From contig OZ024740.1 in assembly GCA_964016885.1 (NCBI GenBank), positions 313,410,001 through 313,474,000 of the forward strand: 64,000 nucleotides of DNA, written 5' to 3'. Source of the DNA: Eledone cirrhosa (Eukaryota). The translations under genes were made by a program, and so were the position numbers. Positions within the stretch are counted from its first letter, which is position 1; every line of letters begins with the position of its first letter. This document shows positions 13,909 to 27,188 of the stretch, in pieces. Below the pieces are notes generated by a model. The model was not told the origin of the DNA, ran no database searches, and saw only the letters and a list, made by a program, of their open reading frames with translations.

Positions 13909-14045
13909 TTATTTTTATGTTTCTTGAATGTGTACTCTGGACGGATAAACGAGGCGGCAACCGATCAATAAGGTATCTGACAACCAGCCGATTGATCCAC
14001 AGGTTAACTGAACCACATCGCATTGAGTCTGAGTGCGAGATACTA

Positions 14046-14243
14046 CGAGGGTCGGCTGAAAGGTTCATAGGCTGACTACAAAGGATTGATGCTAGAGCTG
14101 TGAAATCTTGCATGCATTAATTCCAACTCTTCTTATTAATAACTGCATTGTTTCTTTCCAGGGACTATATTGAAAAATAAACCTCATTTGGTCATTTCAT
14201 GATAGTATCTTGGTCAGCCTATGAATTTTCCATCCGACCCTCG
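14046..14243 (+). mobile_element. Mariner/Tc1-type MITE with TA TSD
   Basis: TA|CGAGGGTCGGCTGAAAGGTTCATAGGCTGAC ... GTCAGCCTATGAATTTTCCATCCGACCCTCG|TA. Confidence 0.85.
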
Positions 14244-14874
14244 TAACCAAATGGCCAAATTCACTGAGCTGTAAACTAGTACCGACTGATAGGAACAACG
14301 CGGCATTGTAAGTGGCGTCAGCACTAGAAAAAGGACGAATGCTTTGATAGTTTGTAGAGTTAAGTTTAACTCCTTCTGTGAGTTGTAGACGAAATGGGGG
14401 TCCCAGAAGCTAACATATCATTGAGATATGAAGATGAAATCTTTAGGTAGCTAGTTGAATCATGCGACTCACTCACTAAATCATTCTATCACTTTCTAAC
14501 ATTCACTCAATCGCTGCCATATAATTCAAGCAAATAAGATTATAGAAGAATAGCTACATATAAAGGTGGAATATTTCATGCACGGCTGGTGTTACCGAAA
14601 GATACTTGCCATGAATATTAAAGAAACATAAAAAATAAAATAAATGAAAACAACCATGTCTTTCAGTTTTTATTAATGTCATTCGGTACTGAAATTTAAT
14701 TTCGTCCCAATCCCAAATATATTAATTCCACATTGATAATTTTTTTTTATATTGAAATAATTCTTTTTCATTCCATTTGTACAACACCTAAGGTAATGGG
14801 TTTTTTGTTGTTGTTAACATAATTATTTATGTCCTTCAGCTGTCTCCTTTGTGGTAATATAATAATAATAATAA

Positions 14875-15570
14875 TAATTGTTTCTACTTTTGGCACAAGG
14901 CCAGTAATTACCCAGTACATTACTGGTACTTTATTTTGTCGACCCCGTAAGGATGAAAGGCAAAGTTAACCTCGACGGGATTTGAACTCAAACCGTAAAG
15001 GGACGTAACTATCTGATATAGGCACAAGGCCAGCAATTTTGGAGGAGGGGAAAATCGATAAAATCGACCCCAGTGCATTACTGGTGCTTTATTTTATCGA
15101 TCCCGTAAAGATGAAAAGCAAAGCTAACCTGGGTGAGATTTGAACTCAGAGCGTAAAGGGACGCAACTCTATGTCGCAAATCAATGTGGCCAATGAGCTA
15201 CCGATACTGCCATAATAATAATAATGGTTTCTGATTTATGCACAAGGTCGGTAAATTTAGGGGAGAGGAAAGTCGATTAAATCGACCCAGTGCGTTACCG
15301 GTACTTTATTTTGTCGACCCCGTAAGGAGGAAAGGCAAAGCTAACCTCGGCGGGATTTGAACTCAGAATGTAACGGGCCGTAACTCTATGCCACGAAGCA
15401 GGGTGTCAGACGCTCTACCGATACTGCCAATCTATTATTAGATTATTCTTTGCCTTTCATCCTTACGGGGTCGATAAAATAAGCGCCAGTAATGCACTGG
15501 GGTCGATTAAAATGGATTTTCGCTTCCCCCCAAAATTGCTGGCCTTGTGCCTAAAGTAGAAACAATTATT
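14875..15570 (-). mobile_element. Cluster of SINE copies (three minus-strand, one partial plus-strand)
   Basis: Same SINE consensus as 13561. Confidence 0.85.
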
Positions 15571-15839
15571 AGTATTTTTTGTCCCTGCCTCTATACAATG
15601 TACTTCAGATGGGTCAGTATGTTTATTTTTTTGTGCACCTATTTAAAAAAATTGGTTTTCGCTGAAAATGTTATACTGTCTTTTGGCTAAACCTTTGGTC
15701 GTAGGGAACCGATCACCCCTACTACTTTCTTTGTAGCCCTAAGAAGCAGTACTTATATTTTAAATACAATATATTCCCCTTTTCAGCTAAAAAGTAGCGC
15801 CGCGGTTAAGTAAGAAGTCCATTAGAAAGACTAGCAATG

Positions 15840-16545
15840 ATGTCACCTCTGCGGACTATGGCATCTAATGACGGCGGACTATGACATCTGTTAGCTGCGG
15901 ACTACCATTCCGATGACTGCGGACTATGGCATCTGATGACTGCAGACTATGACATCTGGTGGCTGTGGATTACCACCTCTGATGGCTGCGGACTATGACA
16001 TCTGATATCTGTTGATTACAACCTCTGATGACTGCGGACTATGACATCTGTTGGTTGCGGACTACCACTCCGATGAATGCGGACTATGGCATCTGATGAC
16101 TGCGGACTATGACATCTGGTGGCTGTGGATTACCATATCTGATAGCTGCGGACTATAAAATCTGATGCCTGTAGATTACCACATCTGATGGCTGCAGACT
16201 ATGACATCTGTTGGCTGTGGACTACCACCTCTGATGGCTGCGGGCTATGACATCTGATAATTGTGGACTACCACCTCCCATAACTGCGGACTACCAGCAC
16301 TGATGACTGCGGACTATCACATCTGGTGACTATGGTCTATGGCATCTGATGGATGCGGATTATGACATCTGTGGACTGCGGACTATGAACTCTGATTACT
16401 GCGGATTACACAATCTTCAATTCGGACTCCGGCTTCTGATGGCTGCGGGCTACATCTGATGGTTGGGGACTATGACATCTGATGGCTGAGGAGTACCAAC
16501 TCTGATGACTGCGGTCTACGAGATCTGATGGCTGCGGACTAGAAC
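15840..16545. repeat. 23-bp minisatellite with ~160-bp higher-order period
   Basis: Unit TCTGATGACTGCGGACTATGACA; variant CTGTT(A/G)G units recur at 15888, 16048 and 16208. Confidence 0.92.
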
Positions 16546-16679
16546 ATATGCCAGAAAAAGAATCATAACACTCCTCAGAAATGAAAAAAAAATGAACAAA
16601 AGTAGAATTTGCAAAAGAAACAACAAAGAAAATAAAAACGACAATACCAGAAAAAAAACAGTCATGTGGCTGGCCGTAG

Positions 16680-16743
<64 letters not shown>

Positions 16744-16848
16744 TTCAAAATATTAACAAAATAGATATTCTTGTGATCAAGTATATTTTATTATACATAT
16801 TTCAGAAAACTCATTCTTTGATGTATTCATTGAACCTTGTTTAACTTT

Positions 16849-16953
<105 letters not shown>

Positions 16954-17346
16954 TGCAAACTCTGCTAAGAGTATTGCAATCGCTTGTCAGATTACAGAAA
17001 ATGGTGTACCTTTAGACTAAGGCCAGGCACACGAACCTGTAACAGATCTTGAACAAGCAATGCCTGTGTTTTGAAAGTTTTTTAAGTGGGGAAAGGCCTT
17101 GCACTCGACCAATCCCACTCTCTGAGAATTGAAAACACTACCCGAAAAGGAGAACTGGTCAACACCATAGGATGCTTTCGAAGCCGGAGGTTTCTTTTCC
17201 ACAGTTTTCCTCTCCTAGAAAGGTGTAAAGGTGTTGTGATAACAACTGGGGCCTTTCACTCCCAGGTGAAAAAGAAAAAGAAAAGTGCTATTTGGATGGC
17301 TGTTGACTCTGCTGAGTTCTTCCGCCCTTTGTCGCGTCTTGTATTT

Positions 17347-17877
<531 letters not shown>

Positions 17878-18531
17878 TATATATATATATATATCACTTA
17901 ATAATATATATCACTTATATCAAGATTAACTAAATAAATACTTTTTCGCGGCATGCAAAAATAAGATTTGAATTTCTTACTGCAACAGCTCACATATCTG
18001 TAAAGGTAATACAATCATAAATGTACAATCCGAAGCTTCATCAGCCGGAAAAATATACAAGAGAATTATTATTCTTTCTAACTGTAGCTAAAACTATATT
18101 TATTGATGCATTCTATAACAACAATTATAAGAAACTAGGATTTGATGAAGTTTTACATAAAGCAGTACTGTCGTGTGTTTATATATCAACAAAGTTACTA
18201 GTTAAGTCTAATATAATTCTCGGCGTTGAAGCGTTAGGCTGCATTTTTTCGATCGTAGTTCCTTCGGAGAAACACAATGTACCTCGCTATGATATATATA
18301 TTTTACTATAATATCTATGCCTTGAAATGGCTTCTCCGTTCGTCTGCATATTGTATATATGTTACACTGAGCTCAGTTTATAGTGTATTCTCAAAGGCTT
18401 CTTGCTTGAAAATGTAATTCTATCTTGCCCTCTAAAACCTTTTTATGATGCCTCTTTTTCATTCTTTTTTTACCTTGACTGTCAAAGTGGTTCGTCTCTT
18501 CTTTGTCTCTTATTATTAGTTCAAGGGCCAG

Positions 18532-19110
18532 GGTAGTGGATTGACATTATCCTTAGAGCGTCAGATAACATTCTTTACGGCATATAGTTACGTCTCTTTC
18601 TTTACCTTCTGGGTTCAAATTCGCCGAGATTAGCTTTGCCTTTCATCCGTGCGACGTCGATAAAATAAAGTACCAGTAATGCACTGGAGTTGATTTAATC
18701 GACTTTCACCCCCCCCCCCCCCAAAAAAAAAAAATGGTTGGCCTTGTGCCTAAATCAGAAACCATTATTAATTCGTGGGTTAACTTTGCCTTTCATCCTT
18801 ACGGGGTCGATAAAATAAAGTGCCAGTAATGTATTGAGTATTTGCTGGCCTTGTGCCAAAAGTAGAAAGAATTATTAATTCGTGGGCCAGCGCGGTAGAT
18901 TGGCAGTATCGGTAGAGCTTTACAACATGCTTTACAGTATATAGTTACGTCACTTTACCTTCTGAGTTCAAACCCCGTCCAGATTAGTTTTGACTTTCAT
19001 CCTTACGGAGTCGATAAAATAAAGTACCAGTCATGTACTGGGGTCTATCTAATCGACGTTCTCCGTCCCTTTAAATTTCTGGCCTTGTGCCTAAATTAGA
19101 AACCATTATT
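18532..19110 (+). mobile_element. Three tandem SINE copies
   Basis: SINE consensus; repeated flank ATTATTA(G/A)TTC. Confidence 0.85.
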
Positions 19111-19497
19111 AGTTCGAGTGCCATTGCTCTAACTAATTCGTAATATTTTTTTCTATTTCTTCTACTGTCTACGGTTACCTTCCTACATATTTATGTTGTA
19201 TTTCTCTGCTTTTTATTTGTAGGAGCTTTCTGCCCCTTATCGGTATGAACATTTTTCATCTTGTTTCCTTGTCAATTGGGTCGAAAAGACTCGATCTGTA
19301 TCTTTATTGCTTTGTCCAGTATCCCTTATGTTTTATCCAGAATAGCTCTCCATTCGTAGAGATTATTGGTGCCCTCGGAAGCATAGTATTATCTTTGAAA
19401 GCATCGTAAATAGCAAAGACACCAAGTAGACAGCTGACGAGCGGAAATTCTCTGTGTCTGTCTTCTAGTTTTCTATGTATCTCTTTTGACTCCCGTG

Positions 19498-19548
<51 letters not shown>

Positions 19549-19556
19549 CATATATG

Positions 19557-19588
<32 letters not shown>

Positions 19589-19590
19589 AA

Positions 19591-19788
19591 CGAGTGTGGG
19601 TTGAAAAGTTCATAGACTGATAATGATGAAGTGATGCTAGAGCTGTGAAATGTTGCATGCATTATTTTCAACTCTTCTAATTAATAACTGCATTGTTTCT
19701 TTCCATGAACTATGTTGAAAAATAAACCTCATTTGGTCATTCCATGAGAATATCTTGGTCAGCCTATGAACTTTTTAGTCGACCCTCG
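19591..19788 (+). mobile_element. Mariner/Tc1-type MITE
   Basis: Homologous to 14046-14243; ends GACCCTCG|TA. Confidence 0.8.
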
Positions 19789-20477
19789 TATATAAACGCA
19801 CATGCTCACACGCATTTATATATATAAGATGTTCTTTACAATCCTTCGTCTAAGTTTTCCGCTTTTCATCAGTTGGATCAATATATTTTTTTGCATTTGT
19901 TCTGCCTACGATGATAATTAGATATCGTGTAACATCTCTGTCATGGTGTTACTGATTATCTCCTGAACATGGTTTCTCATACAACATTCAGTTTTTAGAC
20001 CTACCGTAGTATTGTCATACATTTGATCTCTTCTTCGCGTGTTTGTGGTAATTTAATCTGTTTACTTCAGAAATTAATTGATAGTGCTTCATATCTGCAG
20101 AAAAGTAATATCAATTGATATTTTCTTTGAAATAATTATACGAGCGACTCTGATCTACGTGACGCTCTGATTAATGCCGGAATGTGCTGTGTAATCTAGT
20201 TTTCGGAAGTTCACAAATTCAAGGATAATTTTCTAAATTCTTCGACCTACATTACACCGGTGGAAAGAGAACAGCGATAGTTATTTTAAGATAATCCGCC
20301 CCTTACTCTCATGTTTTTGTGGTTAACTAGGCATAACTACTCGGCCTTAAATTAATATTATACTAATTTATGAATTTATGATTGATTTTTACAAAGTTAT
20401 ATTTATAGAGATTAAAAAAAAAATAGAATTCCGACACTGTTTATTTGTTGTTGATGTTTCAATATTTTGCTGACATA

Positions 20478-20610
20478 AATCCTGCCGGGGTTAGCTTTGC
20501 CTTTCATCCTTACGGGGTCGATAAAATAAAGTGCCAGTAATGCACTGGGATCGATTTAATTGAATATCCTCTCCCCCAAAATTGTTGGCCTTGTGCCTAA
20601 ATCGGAAACC
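20478..20610 (+). mobile_element. 5'-truncated SINE with 17-bp TSD
   Basis: AATATTTTGCTGACATA on both sides. Confidence 0.8.
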
Positions 20611-20689
20611 AATATTTTGCTGACATAGGCTGATAGATAGCAAAGATGGTAAAGTGACTATTTTTTGCTGTATTTAGTTACATTCTTTT

Positions 20690-21285
20690 ACGTTGGAGGT
20701 AAACTTTGCTTTTCAACCTTTCACAGTATTGGAGTTGATATAACCGACTGCTCACTTCCTCTAAAATTTCTCACTTTATGCCAATGTAAAGAATTATAAG
20801 GAACTGCGTTGTCAGAATCATTTGAACGTCTAACAAAATACCTCACGGTATTTGTTCTTAGTCTAAATCCCGTGTAAGCCGACTTTGTCTTCCATCCTTC
20901 CAAAGTCGAGGAATTAAGTGCCAGTTAAACATTGGGGCTGATAAAATCGAGTGCCCCCTTTTAATTTCTGATCTTGGGCCTGTATAAGAAATTAAAAGGC
21001 AGTGGCTGGCTTGGCAGAATCGTTAGAGCGTCAGTGAAAACTGCCTTGTCGTAATTGTTCCGAGTTTAAACCCCGCCAAAGGTTGATAAAATAAGTGCCA
21101 ATGAAGTAGTAGAGTCGATACTGTTTCTTTGTGACAAAGTTTTTGGACCTGTGCTATATAAGAAATTATAGGGTGCCAGTCATCCTTCCGGATTCGAAAA
21201 ATAATTACTACCCAAGTACTGGAGTTGATTGAATCGGCTAACTAACCCCACCAAATTTCTAGCATTGCGCTTGTGTTAGAAATAA
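20690..21285 (+). mobile_element. Old diverged SINE copies
   Basis: Degenerate core (TCCATCCTTCC..GTCGA..AATAAGTGCCA) repeated. Confidence 0.55.
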
Positions 21286-21639
21286 TTATCATTATCCTCT
21301 TCCTCCTCGTCGACATCATCATCATCACCACCATAATTATTATTACCATCATCATTACTATCATCATCAAAATCATCATCAACATCAACATCAACATCAT
21401 CATAATCATCATCATCATCATCACCACCACCATCACCCTTATCACCATCGGCACCACGATGATGATAATAACACCCCCTCCTCCTCCCCCTCCTCCTCTT
21501 CCTCCTCCTCATCATCATCATAATCATCATCGACAAGAACATTAGCAATATAATATAGGCTATCACCCAGATTTGTATAAGATAACATTGTACAAATAAC
21601 TATTAAGTGACACTTGCTCCATCGATAACCTAATATGTC

Positions 21640-22280
21640 CGGTGACAGACTCAGGCTTCGTTGTCTGACAAGGCGAAGATCGTAAACTGTTGAAGTATCG
21701 CCTGCTCTCCGATAGGTTTGTCGTTGAAACACTAGCAGGAGAGACCTCTGTCGTTCTTGGTCCATGGGCCACCCCCATACTCACCACTGATGGGGGCTGA
21801 GTGGGCCACTCGCGGGAGTGAGCCTCACGTGTAAGAATGGCTTTTCCAACGTGTATCCCTCACCATACTCCGGGGTAATGCTTTCCCCCTTCTATCCACT
21901 GGGTCAACGAGGCACCCAACGCCTGGCGTCCTACATGCCAGAGAGTCCTCACCCACACTGTCTGGGCCTGTATCATTGAGGTAGCGGTCTTTGAGCACAC
22001 TTTTCGGATTGGCTACCATCCCAGACATCACTGCCCGCCAGGCCTAAGAGAGCAAACTGTCAAAGTATCGGCCGCTCTCTGATAGGCTTGTGGCTGTGGC
22101 GACATCCGACATTCTTGGCCCCCGGGCCATATCTCACTGATATCGGAGCGGATTTGGCTACCTGCAAGTGTGAGCCCCGCGAGTTGGAGTGGTTGTTACA
22201 GCTCGTCTTCCTCGCCATCACCCGGAGCACTGTGATCTCCATCCTCTCCGCCGAGACCACGAGGCTAACTGAGTCTTAAG
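21640..22280 (+). pseudogene. Two tandem 3' fragments of a CRE-like RLE non-LTR retrotransposon
   Basis: Translations EDRKLLKYRLLSDRFVVETLAGETSVVLGP and KLSKYRPLSDRL...LEWLLQLVFLAITRS match the RLE C-terminal K..KY..L / ET.G..G / QR.S....RGN pattern. Confidence 0.6.
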
Positions 22281-22338
22281 TTTCATTTATGGTGGCAGCA
22301 TACGGAATAAATTTACTTATGCCTTAACAATATGATAA

Positions 22339-22395
<57 letters not shown>

Positions 22396-22590
22396 TTAGG
22401 TTTGTTGGTTCACCACTGGATAGAATTGGTCATTCCGTATGGTCAATCTTGGGTGTGATATTGTGGAGAGTACTCAACGCAGTGCAATTCACCCATCCTC
22501 GTTTGTAGTAATTGGTGGTGCGAATACGGAGTTAATTATAAATAAAAATAACAGGAGATTGGACTGGTGTAAATCCTTGAAAGGTTTATT

Positions 22591-22648
22591 ATACTATGAT
22601 CATTTCAGTGACCGGATTCCATATGAATCCGGTGATATCATCAGGTAT
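22591..22648 (-). ncRNA. Type-I hammerhead ribozyme motif
   Basis: Minus strand: ATAC-CTGATGA-..ACCGGATTC-ATATG-GAATCCGGT..-GAAA-TGATCA-TA/GTAT. Confidence 0.75.
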
Positions 22649-22831
22649 TCGAAATATAACAAAGGAATATGTAAAAACCATGTGTCCGAAAAATCAGAGA
22701 CAGAGAGGACGACTGACCAACTAGCTTTGAGGGCGACTGGCCGAGGTGAAGACAGCTAGTTGGTCTGTCGTCTTCTCTGTCTCTGATTTTTCGGACCCAC
22801 GGTTTTTACATATTCCTTTGTTATATTTCGA

Positions 22832-22889
22832 ATACCTGATGATATCACCGGATTCATATGGAACCCGGTCATTGAAATTATCATAGTAT
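22832..22889 (+). ncRNA. Type-I hammerhead ribozyme motif (mirror copy, more mutated)
   Basis: ATAC-CTGATGA...GAAA-TTATCA-TA/GTAT. Confidence 0.65.
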
Positions 22890-22939
22890 AATAAACCTTT
22901 CAAGGATTTACATCAGTCCAGCCTCCTGTTATTTTTGTT

Positions 22940-22978
<39 letters not shown>

Positions 22979-23037
22979 ACACTACCGTTTTATCTTGGTA
23001 GATTTATCTACACATATATATATATATACGTGATCTT

Positions 23038-23070
23038 CAGAAGATCCCGTTAAGGGTGAAAGCAGCGATT
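23038..23070 (+). ncRNA. Degenerate hammerhead motif
   Basis: CAGAAGA-T-CCC-GTTAA-GGG-T-GAAA-GCAGC; U4 lesion and poor stem I. Confidence 0.35.
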
Positions 23071-23193
23071 CTTTGCTTAAACTTTAATCTGTTATTTTAA
23101 TAAATATTTGCTCTACGGTTCTTATATATTTGATATATATTTATCCTTATCGAGCCCTCTTTGGATTTTAGTCTTCAAATGTATTATTATTAC

Positions 23194-23268
<75 letters not shown>

Positions 23269-23303
23269 TTGAAAATTGCAAACTTGACTGTCACCACACA
23301 TTA

Positions 23304-23342
23304 TGAACCTGAAGATTGCGAAAGCATGAAAGTACTTGTTCA
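23304..23342 (+). ncRNA. Minimal type-I hammerhead ribozyme
   Basis: TGAAC-CTGAAGA-T-TGC-GAAA-GCA-T-GAAA-GTAC-TT/GTTCA; perfect 5-bp stem I, palindromic AGTACT, CUU triplet. Confidence 0.8.
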
Positions 23343-23494
23343 ATTAACTCTTAACATTTAATATTCTATCATACTATTTCATTATAATACCATTATAAAT
23401 TTTAAAGGATTGTAAATAAAACGAGTAAATAAGACAAAGTTGGAATTCCTCTTATTAATATAATCTTCTATACACAATCATACACACTCGTGTA

Positions 23495-23496
<2 letters not shown>

Positions 23497-23592
<96 letters not shown>
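23497..23592. repeat. (TCTA)n microsatellite, unoccupied potential Tx1 target
   Basis: Direct reading. Confidence 0.95.
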
Positions 23593-23593
<1 letters not shown>

Positions 23594-23791
23594 AAGAGAG
23601 TATTGAAGTTTGCTTGAAGCTTTGTGGAATAATAAAAAAAATTTTTGGGGGGTCGTTTTGGAAGCCTCAATAATACAGATGGGTAAATCTCCGGGTAACA
23701 GAATCCGGTGGTGAAGAGAGAGATGTAAGAGGAAATGAAGAATGAGATGTATAGTGTGTAGAGGAACGTAGGAAAGAGCGTAAAAAATAAA

Positions 23792-23834
<43 letters not shown>

Positions 23835-24477
23835 GTGCTATAATAGGCCTTCTTAGTTGTAAGGAGCGTAGTTCAATTAGACTGAACTCTGCGCTTCAAC
23901 TTCAACCAATAGTTTAGTTCATGTTAGTGAAATCTTTGAATGGTATCTAAATATTATGCATAGTTTTGCTTATGATTTCTGTTTCTTTGAGAATTATACT
24001 TCAACCGAAATATAATAACAAATATATCGGAATACAAGTAACAAAATCTAAGAAAAGATTATTAAGTTGAATTGTAATATTTTGTCAAATTTAATTAAAA
24101 GTCTTGTTATAAGAATGAAATTCACATGCACACATTTTCATTTCAGATATTTACATAGAATCTGTATGGCTTGTTAAACAAGTATTTAGTTCAATATTCA
24201 ATTATAATACAATTCAACGACATTGTAGGAAAGAATTTAATAGTGATCTATAAATCAGAAGAACAGTTGATATGACGTTTAGTAAGTGAAAGAGTAAAGA
24301 ATCAATTAATGTTCATTCTAGCTGCCAAGTGTCAATCAAGAGAGAAGATACGCCATTGTAACAGATTCTTAAGGATTTTAATTTATGTCAGTTTAACCTC
24401 ACACTCAACAAACATTAAATGAAGACACAGAAATGCTGGTGTTCTGTCAGGTTGAACAACTTCGCCGCACTCATTAA

Positions 24478-24666
24478 TCTTCTTCTTCTTCTTCTTCTTC
24501 TTCTTCTTCTTCTTCTTCTTCTTCTTCTTCTTCTTCTTCTTCTTCTTCTTCTTCTTCTTCTTCTTCTTCTTCTTCTTCTTCTTCTTCTTCACCATCATCA
24601 TCACTTTTGTAAATTTGATATCTCATGTTATTTAACCGGAATATTTGGCCAAATGAACGACAGTTA

Positions 24667-24764
<98 letters not shown>

Positions 24765-24772
24765 CACCACTA
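24478..24772. repeat. (TTC)n and (CTA)n microsatellites
   Basis: Direct reading. Confidence 0.95.
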
Positions 24773-25121
24773 CCATGGTGTCATTGAAAATATTCAATGC
24801 TTTATCTCTATTGATTTATGGTTTACCATGCATGTCTTTCTAGGTTATGTCACACAGTACACACTGATACACCTGTACCCAAAATTTATATATATATGTA
24901 TATATATATATTTCGCTTCTGAATTTGTTTAGCAAGATTCTTTATCTGAAAACGTGTGTTGAAACCGATATTGTTATACTTTGGGAGGGTCATGTTGCCA
25001 ATAAGAAACACACGCACCAGTTGCTTTCACTTCAATTTATTATAATAAATTTATAAATTTAGGAATTTATAAATTTCCGGTTGGTTGGTTGGTTCCACAA
25101 CCAGATGGTTGTTTATATATT

Positions 25122-25164
25122 GTCAAAGTTCTTTCGTCACACATTATGTGACCTCTTCAGTGAC
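25122..25164 (-). ncRNA. Minimal type-I hammerhead motif (mirror copy)
   Basis: Reverse complement of 25271-25313. Confidence 0.7.
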
Positions 25165-25270
25165 TGGGGATTCTTTTCTTTGTTTTTGTGCCTCTCCTTT
25201 GTTCTGTCCTACGCCATCTTGCGTAGGACAGAACAAAGGAGAGGCACAAAAACAAAGAAAAGAATCCCCA

Positions 25271-25313
25271 GTCACTGAAGAGGTCACATAATGTGTGACG
25301 AAAGAACTTTGAC
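25271..25313 (+). ncRNA. Minimal type-I hammerhead motif
   Basis: GTCA-CTGAAGA-G-GTCACA-TAATG-TGTGAC-GAAA-GAAC-TT/TGAC. Confidence 0.72.
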
Positions 25314-25458
25314 AATATATAAACAACCATCTGGTTGTGGAACCAACCAACCAACCGGAAATTTATAAATTCCTAAATTTATAAATTTATTATAATAAAT
25401 TGAAGTGAAAGCAACCGGTGCATGTGTTTCTTATTGGCAACATGACCCTCCCAAAGTA

Positions 25459-25499
<41 letters not shown>

Positions 25500-26227
25500 A
25501 CACAGTTCAAGAGTAACCAATCTTAAAGAGAGAGATGGAGATAGGAGAGGAGAGATTGGTGAATTAGTTAGAAGCCAAAGCGTAAAGGCATGTGCTCAAT
25601 GTGCAATATGCAGTGGAAGGCAGCTAGGTGGCTGGATTCATGCAGAGGTTAGGTGCACAGAGCTGGAAATATTCATTAGTTAAGCAAAACAAGACCACAA
25701 ATTTCACAAGGAAGACATTATTAAAAAATTGTCAACATATTTTAGTTTGGTGCAAGGAATGTAGAGAATAATAATAATAATAATATTAATAATAATAATG
25801 TACGCCCACAACTGCTTCGCCACTCCATACAATATCTCTGGATCAAATGATTATAGATCATTATTGATCTGGTTCAGTTGAAAACAACTAACATAGGTAA
25901 AAATAGAGCAGCCCATCGGAACCTCAAAAGGAATATAAATTAAAATAAGGAAAGAATGTTACATAAATGTAATGTTCCATACATTGGCATTTCACCATGG
26001 CGCCCCAGTAATATCAACCGTCCGCCACAGTCCAGCAGCACCCCCCCCCCGTCGAGGCCGCACCGCGCGAGATCCGCCCATGGGCAACAAGACGGGCGCC
26101 AACGGACATATTTACCCTACCAATCAGAGGGTGGTCTCAGGGGAAGTAACTCCTCGAGAGATTAGAAATTGTGGGTAGTTTATAGTTAAGTGCTAATCTT
26201 TTAATTTTTTTAATGAGAGACAATGTA

Positions 26228-26414
<187 letters not shown>

Positions 26415-26555
26415 GTGTGTGTGTGTGTGTGTGTATAAACTGTAAACTTATCAACTAGAATTATTAGGAGAGAACGCAATAGAATTATGTATTCATATGT
26501 GAACCTGATATAATAGTGTAAAAATTGCCTCCTGTGTTTTGTTTGTTCATTTTTC

Positions 26556-26634
<79 letters not shown>

Positions 26635-26807
26635 GTCACGTTAAAATTAGGCGGGTTATGACTGCTTCTTCTAGCAAACATATTACTCGCCAAACGTCCA
26701 GACTTTACCCCCCCTCCTTCTTTGACCGCTACACCACGTGATAATTTTCCTTCCCGAGAATTTTTCACTTGTAACGGTCAGTTCAAGAATTTTTCTTTTC
26801 ATTGAGG

Positions 26808-26900
26808 AATCTCTTGAAAAGCCGACAGCCTCACGACCCTGGTACGCTTTAGTTGAACATCGGCCGCATACCACTTGGCCAAACTGTACAGTCGGGACTT
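26808..26900 (+). ncRNA. Hammerhead motif, U3-A8 variant, G12 lost
   Basis: AATCTC-TTGAAAA-GCCGA...TTGGC-C-AAA-CTGTACAG-TC/GGGACTT; palindromic stem III; (TA)n-flanked cassette. Confidence 0.55.
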
Positions 26901-27068
26901 TGACGAAAAAAATTAGGTATATTTTGTCTATTTTCTTTTCACATTTATAATTGTTATATATATATATATATATATATTCCGTGTGGTCTACCTTTGGTGT
27001 TAGAGTCCTACCGTAGATAGAGCTTAATGTAATCCGATGGTGAGTAACCCACTGAAATCCATAGAGAA

Positions 27069-27188
27069 GTTTCCGAAGAAGACGGCCTGATCGAACCTAT
27101 ATATGAGGTCTGATAATATACAGTTATATAACTGCTATAGATCTGACACTATGTCAATATGATCGACCCTCCGAAACGATCGTAAAAC
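27069..27188 (+). ncRNA. Hammerhead motif with branched stem II
   Basis: GTTT-CCGAAGA...GAAA-CGATCG-TA/AAAC; internal hairpins ACCT..AGGT, CAGTTATATAACTG, TGACACTATGTCA. Confidence 0.6.

Larger units (their letters stand above)
22540..22942. mobile_element. Fold-back pLTR-like cassette carrying two HHRs
   Basis: ~185-bp arms, 27-nt spacer near 22740; cassette bounded by (TA)n. Confidence 0.85.
24973..25462. mobile_element. Near-perfect 490-bp palindrome: fold-back pLTR-like cassette
   Basis: ~242-bp arms with a 6-nt loop CATCTT at 25215-25220; (TA)n on both sides; HHR in each arm. Confidence 0.9.

Noticed and set aside
15840-16545. Repeated CTGATGA as an HHR array or CRISPR-like array
   Set aside because: No GAAA or stems, and no unique spacers; a plain minisatellite
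17930-18050. Minus-strand CTGATGA...GCGAAA hammerhead candidate
   Set aside because: Stems I and III do not pair; too degenerate to support
24147-24253. Possible terminal exon DIYIESVWLVKQVF...NSDL* after TTTCAG
   Set aside because: Short, no recognisable homology and no partner exons
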